DNA of 64,000 bases from an uncultured Armatimonadetes bacterium. Lineage in GTDB: Bacteria; Armatimonadota; Hebobacteria; Hebobacterales; Hebobacteraceae. Below, piece after piece: positions 32,259 to 41,525 of the stretch (its first letter is position 1; the number at the start of each line of letters is the position of its first letter). The stretch lies in NCBI GenBank assembly GCA_963716175.1, contig OY970296.1:4288001-4352000 (forward strand), given 5' to 3'. The position numbers and the translations under genes were made by a program. The notes under the pieces are model-generated. The model was not told the origin of the DNA. It made no database searches and was given only the letters and a program-made list of their open reading frames with translations.

Positions 32259-33431
32259 ATGATGGCTAGCAGGCCGGCGCGGCGGTTCTCTATCTTCTAC
32301 TTCCTGCTGTTCCTGCCAGTGGGGATGCAGGCCCCTTATCTCTTCCTCTTTTTCAAGCGGCAGGGCTTCACTGACGCGCAGCTCGGCACGTTGGCGGCGA
32401 TCACGCCGATCGTGAACATGCTTGCCCCGCCGCTCTGGGGCGCAATCGCAGACGGATTGGGAGACCGAAGGCGAATGCTCGTGATCCTGCTGGCCGCGGC
32501 CGCGCTCTCCTTCCCGTGGCTGATGTGGTCGCGCAGCTTCGAGCTGACTTTGGCGCTGCTGGCGGTGTTCTCTGCCTTCGCCTTCGCGCCCGCCCCCATC
32601 GCCGATGCCATCGCGCTGGAGAACCTGAAGCGGGCGGGTGGAGACTACGGACGGCTGCGGCTGTGGGGGTCCATCGGATTTGCCGCGCCACTGCTCGTGT
32701 TCGGCCTGGTGCTGAAGCGGGGCGCGGAGGAGTCCGCCGCCAGTCTTTACCCCATCTTCGTCGGCTATGCTGTCTTCCGGCTGATCTCGGTGGCCTGGGT
32801 GGGTCTGCTGCCGCGCTCCCGCGGCCACGGGGGGAGGTGGTTCGACCTGCGCGGCGCCCGGCCCTTCGCCAACCCGCGGTTCCTGGCGCTGGCGCTGTGT
32901 GCCATGGCCGCCACCGGCGCGATGTCGGCCTACTACCTCTACTTCTCCATCTACCTCGATGCGGTGGGAATCGCAGATAACCTGAAGGGTTACTTCTGGG
33001 CGCTGGCGGTGGGGGCAGAGACGGCGATGATGGTGGTGATCGGCCGCGTGATGAGACGCATCGGAATCAAGTGGACATTCGTGCTGGGGATGCTGGGGTG
33101 CGCGCTTCGGCTTTTCGCCTTTTCCTTCCCCCTGCCGGTGCTGGGGATTGCGGCGGCCCAGCTCCTCCACGCGCTCACGCTTACCGCCTTCACCGTGTCC
33201 GCGATCATGTTCGTGAGCCGGATGACGCCGCCGCACCTGCGGGCGAGCGGGCAGGCGCTGTGGGCGGCCCTCACCAGCGGTGTGGGGTCGGCCGCCGGCT
33301 CCAAGCTAGCTGGCCTGGCGGCCGCGGCCTGGGGGTTGCTGCCGATGTACCGGGCCTTCTCCCTGGTTGCCGCAGGAGCGCTGGTGGCGGCCATCGTCCT
33401 GGTGCGGGAGCCCGACGAAGAAGCGCGATAG
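32259..33431 (+). CDS. MFS transporter (MFS_1_like/HcaT-like)
   Basis: PPLWGAIAD, YGRLRLWGSIGF, QLLHA, about 12 TM segments. Confidence 0.88.
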   Translation: MMASRPARRFSIFYFLLFLPVGMQAPYLFLFFKRQGFTDAQLGTLAAITPIVNMLAPPLWGAIADGLGDRRRMLVILLAAAALSFPWLMWSRSFELTLALLAVFSAFAFAPAPIADAIALENLKRAGGDYGRLRLWGSIGFAAPLLVFGLVLKRGAEESAASLYPIFVGYAVFRLISVAWVGLLPRSRGHGGRWFDLRGARPFANPRFLALALCAMAATGAMSAYYLYFSIYLDAVGIADNLKGYFWALAVGAETAMMVVIGRVMRRIGIKWTFVLGMLGCALRLFAFSFPLPVLGIAAAQLLHALTLTAFTVSAIMFVSRMTPPHLRASGQALWAALTSGVGSAAGSKLAGLAAAAWGLLPMYRAFSLVAAGALVAAIVLVREPDEEAR

Positions 33432-33600
33432 GCCTGGTGCGTCCGGAAAGAGCGAGCATCCTCCCCCTCCGATTGCTCCCCCTCCCCTCTCGATTCTCCC
33501 CCCTGTCCCCTCGCCTGGGAGCGGCAGGAATGCGCCTGGCCGCCCTAGAGCTGGCAATCTCAGGCGCCCATCTGGTGATAATCCAGGTAGCTGAGTTGGG

Positions 33601-33649
33601 CGGCGGGCATCCTACTTCGCCAGGGCTTCGTAGGATACCCGCCCTACAG
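33601..33649. repeat. REP-like hairpin related to 10644-10676
   Basis: CGGCGGGCATCCTAC..GTAGGATACCCGCCCTACAG. Confidence 0.65.
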
Positions 33650-33657
33650 GAGGCTAC

Positions 33658-36414
33658 ATGTCGCGGTCCGGGATGGAGAGAGGCGGCGGGCCTGCCCGCC
33701 CTGTAGTTCACGTTCTAGCCGCACTGCTGTGTGCGCTGCTGGCGCTCGGGCTGTTCGCCGGCGGCGCCAGTGCCAGCGGGGGGGTCATCTTCTCAGACGA
33801 CTTCGAATCTGCCTTCAGGGGGTGGACCACCTCGGGAAGGCCGAGGTGGTCCACGGACAGTCCCAAGATCGGCACCCACGCGGTCAGGATACCTAGGAAC
33901 TCGAGTATCCAGCGGACTGTCTCCACCGTCGGTTGGCAGGACATCAAGGTTTCGTTCTGGCTAGGCGCTAGACTCAGACGGTCAGGCGCGAGCTTCCAGG
34001 CGCTGTGGTTCGACGGTGTCACCTGGGAGCTGCTCAAGGGGTTCTACACCGGCAACCCGGAGGCGGACGGACAGCTTCACTACTGCGAGTACTCGCTGCC
34101 GCCCACGGCAGCGAACAACAGCAAGTTCGCACTGCGCTTCCGGCTGAGCAGCAGATCTCACCACGATGCCGGCTACGTGGACGATGTCGCAGTGAACGCT
34201 GACAGCCCGTTCATGTACACGCTTACCCTGGCCGGCGCCAGCGGCTCGGTCAAGGTGAACGGCGTCGCCGAGCCCCTCCCCTGGTCCGGCGCTTTCGGCT
34301 ATGGCGCGACCGTGGTGCTGCAGGCGGAGCCCGACAGCGGCTATCACTTCACGGGCTGGTCGGGTGCTCTCACCGGCTCAGATAACCCCGCCATTATCCT
34401 CATGGATCGGAACAAGGACATCACCGCGAGCTTCGCGGTGAACAGCTACCGGCTGGCTATGGGCAGCGGAACGGGGCATGGCAGCGTGAAGGTGGACGGC
34501 GTCCTGCAGTCGCTGCCCTGGGTCGGCACCTTTGACGACGGCACCGCGGTGCTGCTCGAGGCCGTCCCGGATGCCAGCTACCACTTCACGGGCTGGGCCG
34601 GAGGGCTGACCGGGACCACCAATCCCGAGTTCATCACCATGGACGGCAACCAGAGCGTCTCCGCCGGTTTCGCCAGCGATACCTATGTGCTCCACCTCTC
34701 CGGCAGTGGCGGTGTCAACGTGGACGGCGTGTACCTCGCCCTGCCTGACACCGTCATCGCAGCCCACGGCAGCACAGTGACGCTGGAGGCCGTTCCTGCC
34801 GAGGGCTGGCATTTCACAGGGTGGTCAGGCGATCTCTCCGGGACCGCCAGCCCCACATCCCTACTCATGGACTCCGACAAGAGCGTGACAGTCGAGTCTG
34901 CCATCAACCAGTACGACCTCCACCTGTCCGGCACCGGAAACGGAAGCGTGAGGGTGGAGGGCACAGATCATCCCCTCCCCTGGTCGGGGACGTTCAGTTA
35001 CGGTGACATTCTCGTGCTCGAAGCGCTGCCGTCGGCGGGCTCGCACTTCATGTCCTGGCTGGGCGATCTGCACAGCTCGGCGAACCCGACGGTGATCACC
35101 ATGGACGGCGCCAAGAATATCGTCGCCAGCTTCGGACTCGACACCTACACGCTTACGGTCACCGGAAGCGACGGGACGGTGGAAGTCAACGGCGTCCCCA
35201 AGATACTGCCGTGGTCTGGCCCCTTCGCGGCCGGAGAGGTGGCGAACCTGAAGGCCGTGCCCTCCGAGGGCTACCACTTCGTCTCCTGGTCGGGCGACCT
35301 CATCGGCTCGGCCAATCCGACGGCGATCAGCATGGATGGTGACCACATGGTCGCGGCCGAGTTCGGAGTGGATTCATGCAACCTCACCGTCACCGGGGTA
35401 CACGGCTCGCTGAACGTGGACAGCGTCCCCCAGGCGCTGCCCTACTCTGCCACCTACGATTACGGGGCGGTGGTGTCGCTGGAGGCCCTGCCCGACATTG
35501 GCTACCAGTTCACCGGATGGTCAGGTGATATCACCGGCCCAGCCAATCCTGTTGATGTCACCATCGCCGGCAATACCAACATCGGCGCCAACTTCAACGC
35601 GAACAGCTACACCTTGAACCTGTTCGGCGCCGGGGGTGAGGTGAAGGTGAACGGTGTGGCGCAATCCCTTCCCTGGTCGGGCGACTACGACTACGGCGTG
35701 AGCGTCACGCTGGAGGCGGTGCCGGATTCCTGCATGCGCTTCTCCGGCTGGTCGGGGGACGTGGTGACATGGGACAATCCGACAGCGGTTGCCGTGGACG
35801 GAAACAAGAGCATCACCGCGGAGTTCGACTCCATTGTGATCTTCAGCGACGTGGGTTGCGACTTCTGGGCGGCGCGCGAGATCGCGGCCTGCTCGTTCCA
35901 GGGTATTGTCGCCGGCTACCCGGATGGCAGCTACAAGCCGACTGCATCCGTGACGCGCGATCAGATGGCTGTCTACATCTCGCGTGCGCTGGCGGGCGGA
36001 GATGCGCTGGTGCCAAGCGGACCGACACAACCCTCCTTCCCGGACGTTCCGGCCGATCACTGGGCCTTCAAGTACGTCGAGTTCGCCCGGTCCCAGCAGA
36101 TCGTCCAGGGCTATCCGGATGGAAGCTATCAGCCTGCCGTGGCGCTCGATCGGGGGCAGATGGCAGTGTTCATCGCCCGCGCCGTCGCCACACCGACGGA
36201 CCGACTCGACCTGGCCAGCTACAGCCCGCCAACCACGGCCACCTTCGCGGATGTCCCCGCCAGCTTCTGGTCCTTCAAGTACATCGAGTACATCGCCCAG
36301 CCCAGCATCGGCGTGGCTCACGGCTACACGGATGGTCTCTATCACCCAGAGTACCTGTGCAGCCGAGACCAGATGGCAGTCTACATCCAGCGCGCGTTCA
36401 AACTGCCGCTGTAG
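33658..36414 (+). CDS. S-layer-homology protein with seven InlB-B-like beta repeats and three SLH domains
   Basis: Signal peptide; seven ~78-aa repeats with (Y/W)xFxGWSG; three F.DV...W..GY.DG...R.QMA SLH motifs. Confidence 0.88.
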   Translation: MSRSGMERGGGPARPVVHVLAALLCALLALGLFAGGASASGGVIFSDDFESAFRGWTTSGRPRWSTDSPKIGTHAVRIPRNSSIQRTVSTVGWQDIKVSFWLGARLRRSGASFQALWFDGVTWELLKGFYTGNPEADGQLHYCEYSLPPTAANNSKFALRFRLSSRSHHDAGYVDDVAVNADSPFMYTLTLAGASGSVKVNGVAEPLPWSGAFGYGATVVLQAEPDSGYHFTGWSGALTGSDNPAIILMDRNKDITASFAVNSYRLAMGSGTGHGSVKVDGVLQSLPWVGTFDDGTAVLLEAVPDASYHFTGWAGGLTGTTNPEFITMDGNQSVSAGFASDTYVLHLSGSGGVNVDGVYLALPDTVIAAHGSTVTLEAVPAEGWHFTGWSGDLSGTASPTSLLMDSDKSVTVESAINQYDLHLSGTGNGSVRVEGTDHPLPWSGTFSYGDILVLEALPSAGSHFMSWLGDLHSSANPTVITMDGAKNIVASFGLDTYTLTVTGSDGTVEVNGVPKILPWSGPFAAGEVANLKAVPSEGYHFVSWSGDLIGSANPTAISMDGDHMVAAEFGVDSCNLTVTGVHGSLNVDSVPQALPYSATYDYGAVVSLEALPDIGYQFTGWSGDITGPANPVDVTIAGNTNIGANFNANSYTLNLFGAGGEVKVNGVAQSLPWSGDYDYGVSVTLEAVPDSCMRFSGWSGDVVTWDNPTAVAVDGNKSITAEFDSIVIFSDVGCDFWAAREIAACSFQGIVAGYPDGSYKPTASVTRDQMAVYISRALAGGDALVPSGPTQPSFPDVPADHWAFKYVEFARSQQIVQGYPDGSYQPAVALDRGQMAVFIARAVATPTDRLDLASYSPPTTATFADVPASFWSFKYIEYIAQPSIGVAHGYTDGLYHPEYLCSRDQMAVYIQRAFKLPL

Positions 36415-36439
36415 CCAGGCGAAGGGAAGTACAAAAGCG

Positions 36440-36470
36440 AGGCGGAGTCCGCCCAGGGCGGACTCCGCCT
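36440..36470. terminator. Stem-loop shared by SLH gene and pilin-like paralog 2
   Basis: AGGCGGAGTCCGCCC-A-GGGCGGACTCCGCCT. Confidence 0.75.
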
Positions 36471-36512
36471 TCACTTACCCGGCCGGCACAGGCTCAGCGG
36501 CCCTACAGCACC

Positions 36513-37526
36513 TTACGGAGACGGCGCGACAAAGGACCCGCAGATCTCCAGGCCCTCCAAGGGCGCGGCCGTCCTGCCAGAGCCGTGGCCCTCGTCACCG
36601 CCGAACAGGATCGCCTCAGAGGGCATCCAGGCGGCATGGCCGTCGGCGAAGCCGATGTTGCTACCCCCCAGATGACGGGAGCCCGCGTGATCCTTGCGGT
36701 ACTGGGGGTCGGTTCCGAATCGCTTGTCCCCGGCGCCGCAATCCTGGGTCCAGGAGCAGTTCACCCAGTCCGCACACGGGCCGTCGCGATCATTGCCGAC
36801 CGCGGTGCTGCAAGCTGCGCCGTCGAGGCGACAGACGTCGGGGTAGGCGATCCAGGAGGACCTGGCGAGTTCCATCTGGGCCCCGGCATCGGCGCAGACC
36901 ACCTTCTTGGCTGGGTCGTTCACCCGGCTGGTGTTCTCGTCCATGGAATGCCAGTTGGCGACCCCGATGCCAAACTCTACGCCGCCGGTTTCAGGGCCGG
37001 CGCAGACCTCAATCTGTTGGTAGGAGTCAGTGATGCTTCCTCCCCATCCTGGAGGGAATGCGATGTTGTCCGCGTTGTTGTAGCTGCAGTCGTCATTGTG
37101 GCCATTCTCCATGGCGGTGAACCAGTCCGGCACGCCGGGGTTGACCATGAAGGTCTGCGTGTAGCGCGCGCTGGGACAGCGCCAGATATCGCGGTTCCTG
37201 ATGTACTCGTCGAGGATGACGGGCCAGCGCAGGTAGGGATTCGCCTCCCAGGACCAGCATGAGCAGTTCACGCCGTCGTGGTCGTTGAACCACTGCACCA
37301 CCTCCGGGCGATGCTCGCTGGGTGGGAACCGGTCGTAGTCCGTGAGATACATCTGCAGCGCCAAGGCGATGTTCTTCACATTGGCAAGACACTGAATCTT
37401 GCGCGCCGACTCACGCGCACGCGCAAATACCGGAAACAGCATTCCGGCCAGGATCGCGATGATCGCGATCACAACCAGCAACTCGATGAGGGTGAAACCT
37501 TTCGACGCCTTCCTGACCACCGGCAT
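36513..37526 (-). CDS. Prepilin-type / H-X9-DG (DUF1559) Cys-rich protein, paralog 2
   Basis: [14 protein letters not shown]..; [15 protein letters not shown]; AGGAG RBS. Confidence 0.92.
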   Translation of the reverse strand: MPVVRKASKGFTLIELLVVIAIIAILAGMLFPVFARARESARKIQCLANVKNIALALQMYLTDYDRFPPSEHRPEVVQWFNDHDGVNCSCWSWEANPYLRWPVILDEYIRNRDIWRCPSARYTQTFMVNPGVPDWFTAMENGHNDDCSYNNADNIAFPPGWGGSITDSYQQIEVCAGPETGGVEFGIGVANWHSMDENTSRVNDPAKKVVCADAGAQMELARSSWIAYPDVCRLDGAACSTAVGNDRDGPCADWVNCSWTQDCGAGDKRFGTDPQYRKDHAGSRHLGGSNIGFADGHAAWMPSEAILFGGDEGHGSGRTAAPLEGLEICGSFVAPSP

Positions 37527-37632
37527 AGCCAATCTCCTGACAACGGTTTCGACTTCCGACTCCGATCCGAACGGCCCGACGTTGTGATGTCCTTCCTCTC
37601 ACCTCCTCCCCGCGCGGCCCGCGGGGACAGCG

Positions 37633-37661
37633 AAAACGAAAAGGCGCGTCGCCGACGCGCC
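37633..37661 (-). terminator. Intrinsic terminator in the 5' leader of paralog 2
   Basis: Minus strand GGCGCGTC-GGC-GACGCGCC-TTTTCGTTTT about 107 nt upstream of the ATG. Confidence 0.65.
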
Positions 37662-38003
37662 CTGGAAACACCCTCTCGTCAACAGCACTTGCCGCCGTCC
37701 AGACAATAGAGCCGGGGCTTCCATCCATTCCTCACCTGCAACAACCTGCCGGCCACATGGTCGTTGCCCCACTACTACGGCAAACGCTGCCTCTCTTTAG
37801 TTCTACCCACTCTGGCCTGCCGTTACGCCTACTGGAGATCACTCCACGCCAGGAGCCCGGGAGCCAGGGCCGGGCCGGGGCCTGGGTTCACGCGGTGGGC
37901 CTGCCCGGCCCACCGTCCCCGGCCGACAGGAGGTCAACACGGTGGGCCCACGGAAGATGGTGAAGCGGCTGTGCAACCCCAAGGCTCGTGTGCGAGGTGC
38001 GAG

Positions 38004-38783
38004 ATGAAGATCTACATTCTGTGCGACATGGAAGGGACGTCGGGCATCTGGAGACGTGAGCAGACAGACAGCAGTTCGCCCCATTACCAGCAAGGCCGCG
38101 AGCTGCTGATGGCCGATGTGAACGCGGCCATCCAGGGCGCCTACGAGGGCGGCGCCACCGAGCTGGTGGTGTGTGACACCCACGGCGGCGGAGCGAACTT
38201 CCTGATCGAGAAGCTGGATCCGCGCCCCAGGTACGAGAACCCATGTGCGTTCTCGCCGCTGCCCTCCATTGACGAGACCTTCGCCGGCTTGATCCTGACC
38301 GGGCATCATGCCATGGCCGGCACGCTGAACGGCTTCCTCGACCACACCCAGAGTTCGGCGAGCTGGTTCCAGTACCGGATCAACGGGCAGGCGGTGGGTG
38401 AGATGGGCCAGGAGACGGCCTACGCGGGTCACTTCGGCGTGCCGCTGATCATGGTCACCGGTGATGAAGCGGCGTGCCGGGAAGCGGAATCCCAGTTCCC
38501 CGGGATCGTCGCAGTAGCAGTGAAGCGCGGGCTAGGCCGGAACCACGCTTGCTGCCTCCATCCGGAAAGGGCGCGCGAGCTGATCCGCCAGGGCGCGGCG
38601 GAGGCGGTGCGCAAGGCGAAGACGCTGCAGCCATGGCGCTTGAGCCCACCCATCACGCTCGAGCTGACTTACTACCGCAGCGACATGGCGGATTCGGCCG
38701 CGGCCCGTTCCGGGAATGAGCGCGTCGACGCGCGCACGGTAAGGCGGATCGTACAGAGCGCGGCCGAGGTGCTCGAGATCTGA
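38004..38783 (+). CDS. M55 family D-aminopeptidase (DppA-like)
   Basis: MKIYILCDMEG, DTHG, GHHAMAG..DHT, GE, VTGD. Confidence 0.92.
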   Translation: MKIYILCDMEGTSGIWRREQTDSSSPHYQQGRELLMADVNAAIQGAYEGGATELVVCDTHGGGANFLIEKLDPRPRYENPCAFSPLPSIDETFAGLILTGHHAMAGTLNGFLDHTQSSASWFQYRINGQAVGEMGQETAYAGHFGVPLIMVTGDEAACREAESQFPGIVAVAVKRGLGRNHACCLHPERARELIRQGAAEAVRKAKTLQPWRLSPPITLELTYYRSDMADSAAARSGNERVDARTVRRIVQSAAEVLEI

Positions 38784-38893
38784 GGAGAGAGGGGGGCAGG
38801 CAGAGATGGCGAGGCCGCCTGGGGCGGCAGTCAACGGATGAGATGCAGGGCCCTTGAGGGGACGAGAATCCCGCTGCCTATGGAGAATGAAGC

Positions 38894-40736
38894 GTGCTCG
38901 TGGAGCGTTATGCCAAGAAGATCGGGCGCTTGCTGCTGCCCGCCGAGAGGTACCATCCATTCCCGACGGCCGATGAACGAGAAGCCTGGGAGGCGCTGCC
39001 GGCGGCGGTGAGGGCGGCCGCGGTGCGCCGGGGGAAGCAATTGCTCGGCCATCACTGGCCTCAACTGCCCGCGACCCTGTACTCTCGAGTTCGCGCGCAC
39101 CGGCGACCGCCAGCACTACGAGGCCCCCTATTTCGGGCGCCGACAGGCACTCGGGAGCCTGGTGCTAGCCGAGTGCATGGAGGGGAAGAACCGCTTCCTC
39201 AATGACATCGTGAACGGCCTGTGGGCGATCTGTGAGGAGTCGAGCTGGTGCATTTCCGCCCATAATGCCGGCGGCGCGCTGCCCGAGGTGACTGACCCCA
39301 TCGTTGACCTGTTCGCGGCGGAGACGGGCGCCCTGCTCGCGTGGACCTGGTTCCTGCTGCGGGGGCGGCTGGCGGCCGTGGACCCGCGCCTGCCCGCCCG
39401 CATCGAGACCGAGGTGAGGGCGCGCGTTCTCGATCCATTCCTGGTGCGGAACGACTTCTGGTGGATGGGGCTGGGGCCCCGCCCGCGACTCAACAACTGG
39501 TCACCTTGGTGCAGCTCGACTTGCCTGGCGGCCTTCGCCCTGCTGGAATCGGACCCGCGCCGCCGGCCGGAGGCGGTCGTGAAGTCTCTCGGGATCCTGG
39601 ACCGCTTCCTGGCGAGCTACCACCCCGATGGAGGCTGCGACGAGGGGCCGAGCTACTGGACGGTCGCCGGGGGAGCGCTTTTCGACTGCCTCGAGCTGCT
39701 CATGGGGGCTACCCGCGGCGGCATCAACGTGTACGACGAGCCACTCATCCAGGAGATCGGTCGCTACATCTACCGCGCCCATATCAGTGACGACTACTTC
39801 GTGAACTTCGCCGACTGCCCCGGGAAAGTGCAGGTGCCCGCGGGGCTGATCTACCGCTACGGGCGACGCATTGGTGACCCGCGCATGGCGTCGTTCGGCT
39901 CGTACTGCTACCGCAAGCAGGGCCCGAACTCGCTGCTCCGAGGGTCGCTGCAGCGGGTGCTGCCCAATCTGTTCTCGGCCACGGGGATCGGGCGCCGCGG
40001 CCCGGCGCCCTTCGTGCGCGACGTCTGGCTCGAGGGCACGCAGCTTATGGTGGCGCGGGAGCGGGCCCGGGCGGACCGCGGCCTCTATCTGGCGGCCAAG
40101 GGCGGCCACAACGCCGAGAGCCACAACCACAACGACGTGGGTCAGTTCCTGGTGTACTCCGACGGGGAGCCGGTGCTGGTGGACCCGGGCGTGGGTGTCT
40201 ACACCCGGGAGACGTTCAGCGATCGCCGCTATGAGATCTGGACCATGCAGTCGGCGTACCACAACCTGCCCACGGTGAACGGGGTGCAGCAGGGTGTGGG
40301 CGAGCGGTTCCGCGCGACCCAGGTGCGCTATCAGCTGGACGAGGAGGCGGCCGCACTCAGCCTGAACCTCGCCCGCGCCTACCCGAAGGAGAGCGGGATC
40401 GAATCCTGGCGGCGCACCTGCCGGCTCGACCGTGCCGCACAGGCGGCTGAGGTCAGCGATGAGTTCGCGCTGGCGCGACCCACCAGGGACCTGACACTGT
40501 CGCTTCTGACCCCCTGGCAGCCTCGACGCGTTGGCAAGGATACCATCGCGCTGCGAACGAAGACGCACACGGTTCGACTGACGTTCAGCCCGGGCCTGGA
40601 GGCCGAGATCGAGACCATCCGCCTGGATGATGCCCGTCTGCAGAGCGCCTGGGGGAAGCGCATGTACCGGCTGCGGCTCCGGCCGCGCCGCGTGGCCGCG
40701 AAGGGCATGTGGAGGCTGCGACTAACGCGGGCATGA
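38894..40736 (+). CDS. Heparinase II/III-like oligo-uronate lyase (frameshift near 39083)
   Basis: ICEESSW..AH, DLFAAET, NNW.PW, DGGCDEGPSYW, KGGHNAESHNHNDVG, YHNLP. Confidence 0.85.
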
Positions 40737-41303
40737 CGGGTCGGCAAGCTCTTCGATCAGCCTCCGACCCAGGGCTTCGGCCTTGGCGAGGAGGTCGGGC
40801 CGGGCGGCGGCAGCGCCTACCGGGCCAAGCTCGGCCTCGGCCATCACCGACACTTCGCCGAAGTCACCCATCCAGCCGAGGTAGAAGGGCACGGTGTCGG
40901 CAACGCGCTGGTAGTCCGGCCGCGCTTTGTCCATGTAGGTGACGATCATCGCCGCCCGCCGTCTGCCGGGAAGGCGGTTCTCCCCCTCCCAGCAGCAACC
41001 GCGATCGAAGAAGCTCTTGAACTGCCCGGACAGTCCGTCGCGGTAGATGGGAGATGCCAGGATCCAGACATCGGCGAGGCGCAAGGCCGCGAGCACCGGG
41101 GTCAGATCGTCGCGTAGGATGCACTCGCCCTCCGGCGCGCACTTCTCGCAGGCCTGGCACCCCCGGAAGGTCAAGTCGTTGAGGTGAATCAGAGCGACGT
41201 CGGCTCCCGCGGAGGCCGCGCCCTTCAGCGCCGCCTTCAGCAGCGTAGTCGAGTTGCCCATGCGACGAGGGCTGCCTGCAACGCCAATCACCTTAGAGCG
41301 CAT
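40722..41303 (-). CDS. Flavodoxin-like iron-sulfur flavoprotein (NADPH-dependent FMN reductase family)
   Basis: GSPRRMGNS, CQACEKC....C, ASPIY, FFDR. Confidence 0.88.
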   Translation of the reverse strand: MRSKVIGVAGSPRRMGNSTTLLKAALKGAASAGADVALIHLNDLTFRGCQACEKCAPEGECILRDDLTPVLAALRLADVWILASPIYRDGLSGQFKSFFDRGCCWEGENRLPGRRRAAMIVTYMDKARPDYQRVADTVPFYLGWMGDFGEVSVMAEAELGPVGAAAARPDLLAKAEALGRRLIEELADPSCPR

Positions 41304-41379
41304 TTCATAACCTACCTGCCGGCTGGCCGCACCACGCCCTCGCATGAAATGCGCCTGCCACGGCCTGACGTTGTGCAGT

Positions 41380-41423
41380 GCTGTTTCATAACCTCCCCAG
41401 CGGAGGTTATGAAACAGCTTCTA
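41380..41423. repeat. IS-end-like palindromic element, copy 2
   Basis: 17-bp arms GCTGTTTCATAACCTCC / GGAGGTTATGAAACAGC, 5-nt loop, followed by TTCTA. Confidence 0.8.
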
Positions 41424-41525
41424 CTGACGTTCGCGCAATGAAGTAACATTGTGCGAACGTCTTTTCTTCAGCCATTTCCTGGCTCTCTGATGAATGCCGC
41501 CCGTTACTTCGTTGGGCGACATTCA

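Noticed and set aside
35769-37262. Long overlapping or antisense ORFs (also 13344-14786, 23165-24637, 53833-55146, 58141-59514 and others)
   Set aside because: Shadow ORFs expected at high GC; they overlap well-supported genes and have no motifs
37660-37700. glmS ribozyme (GTTGACGAG on the minus strand)
   Set aside because: Lacks the AGCGCC cleavage motif and downstream core; no glmS gene
41302-41312. Third copy of the TTTCATAACCT element
   Set aside because: Only 11 bp, at the start region of the flavoprotein gene; may be chance
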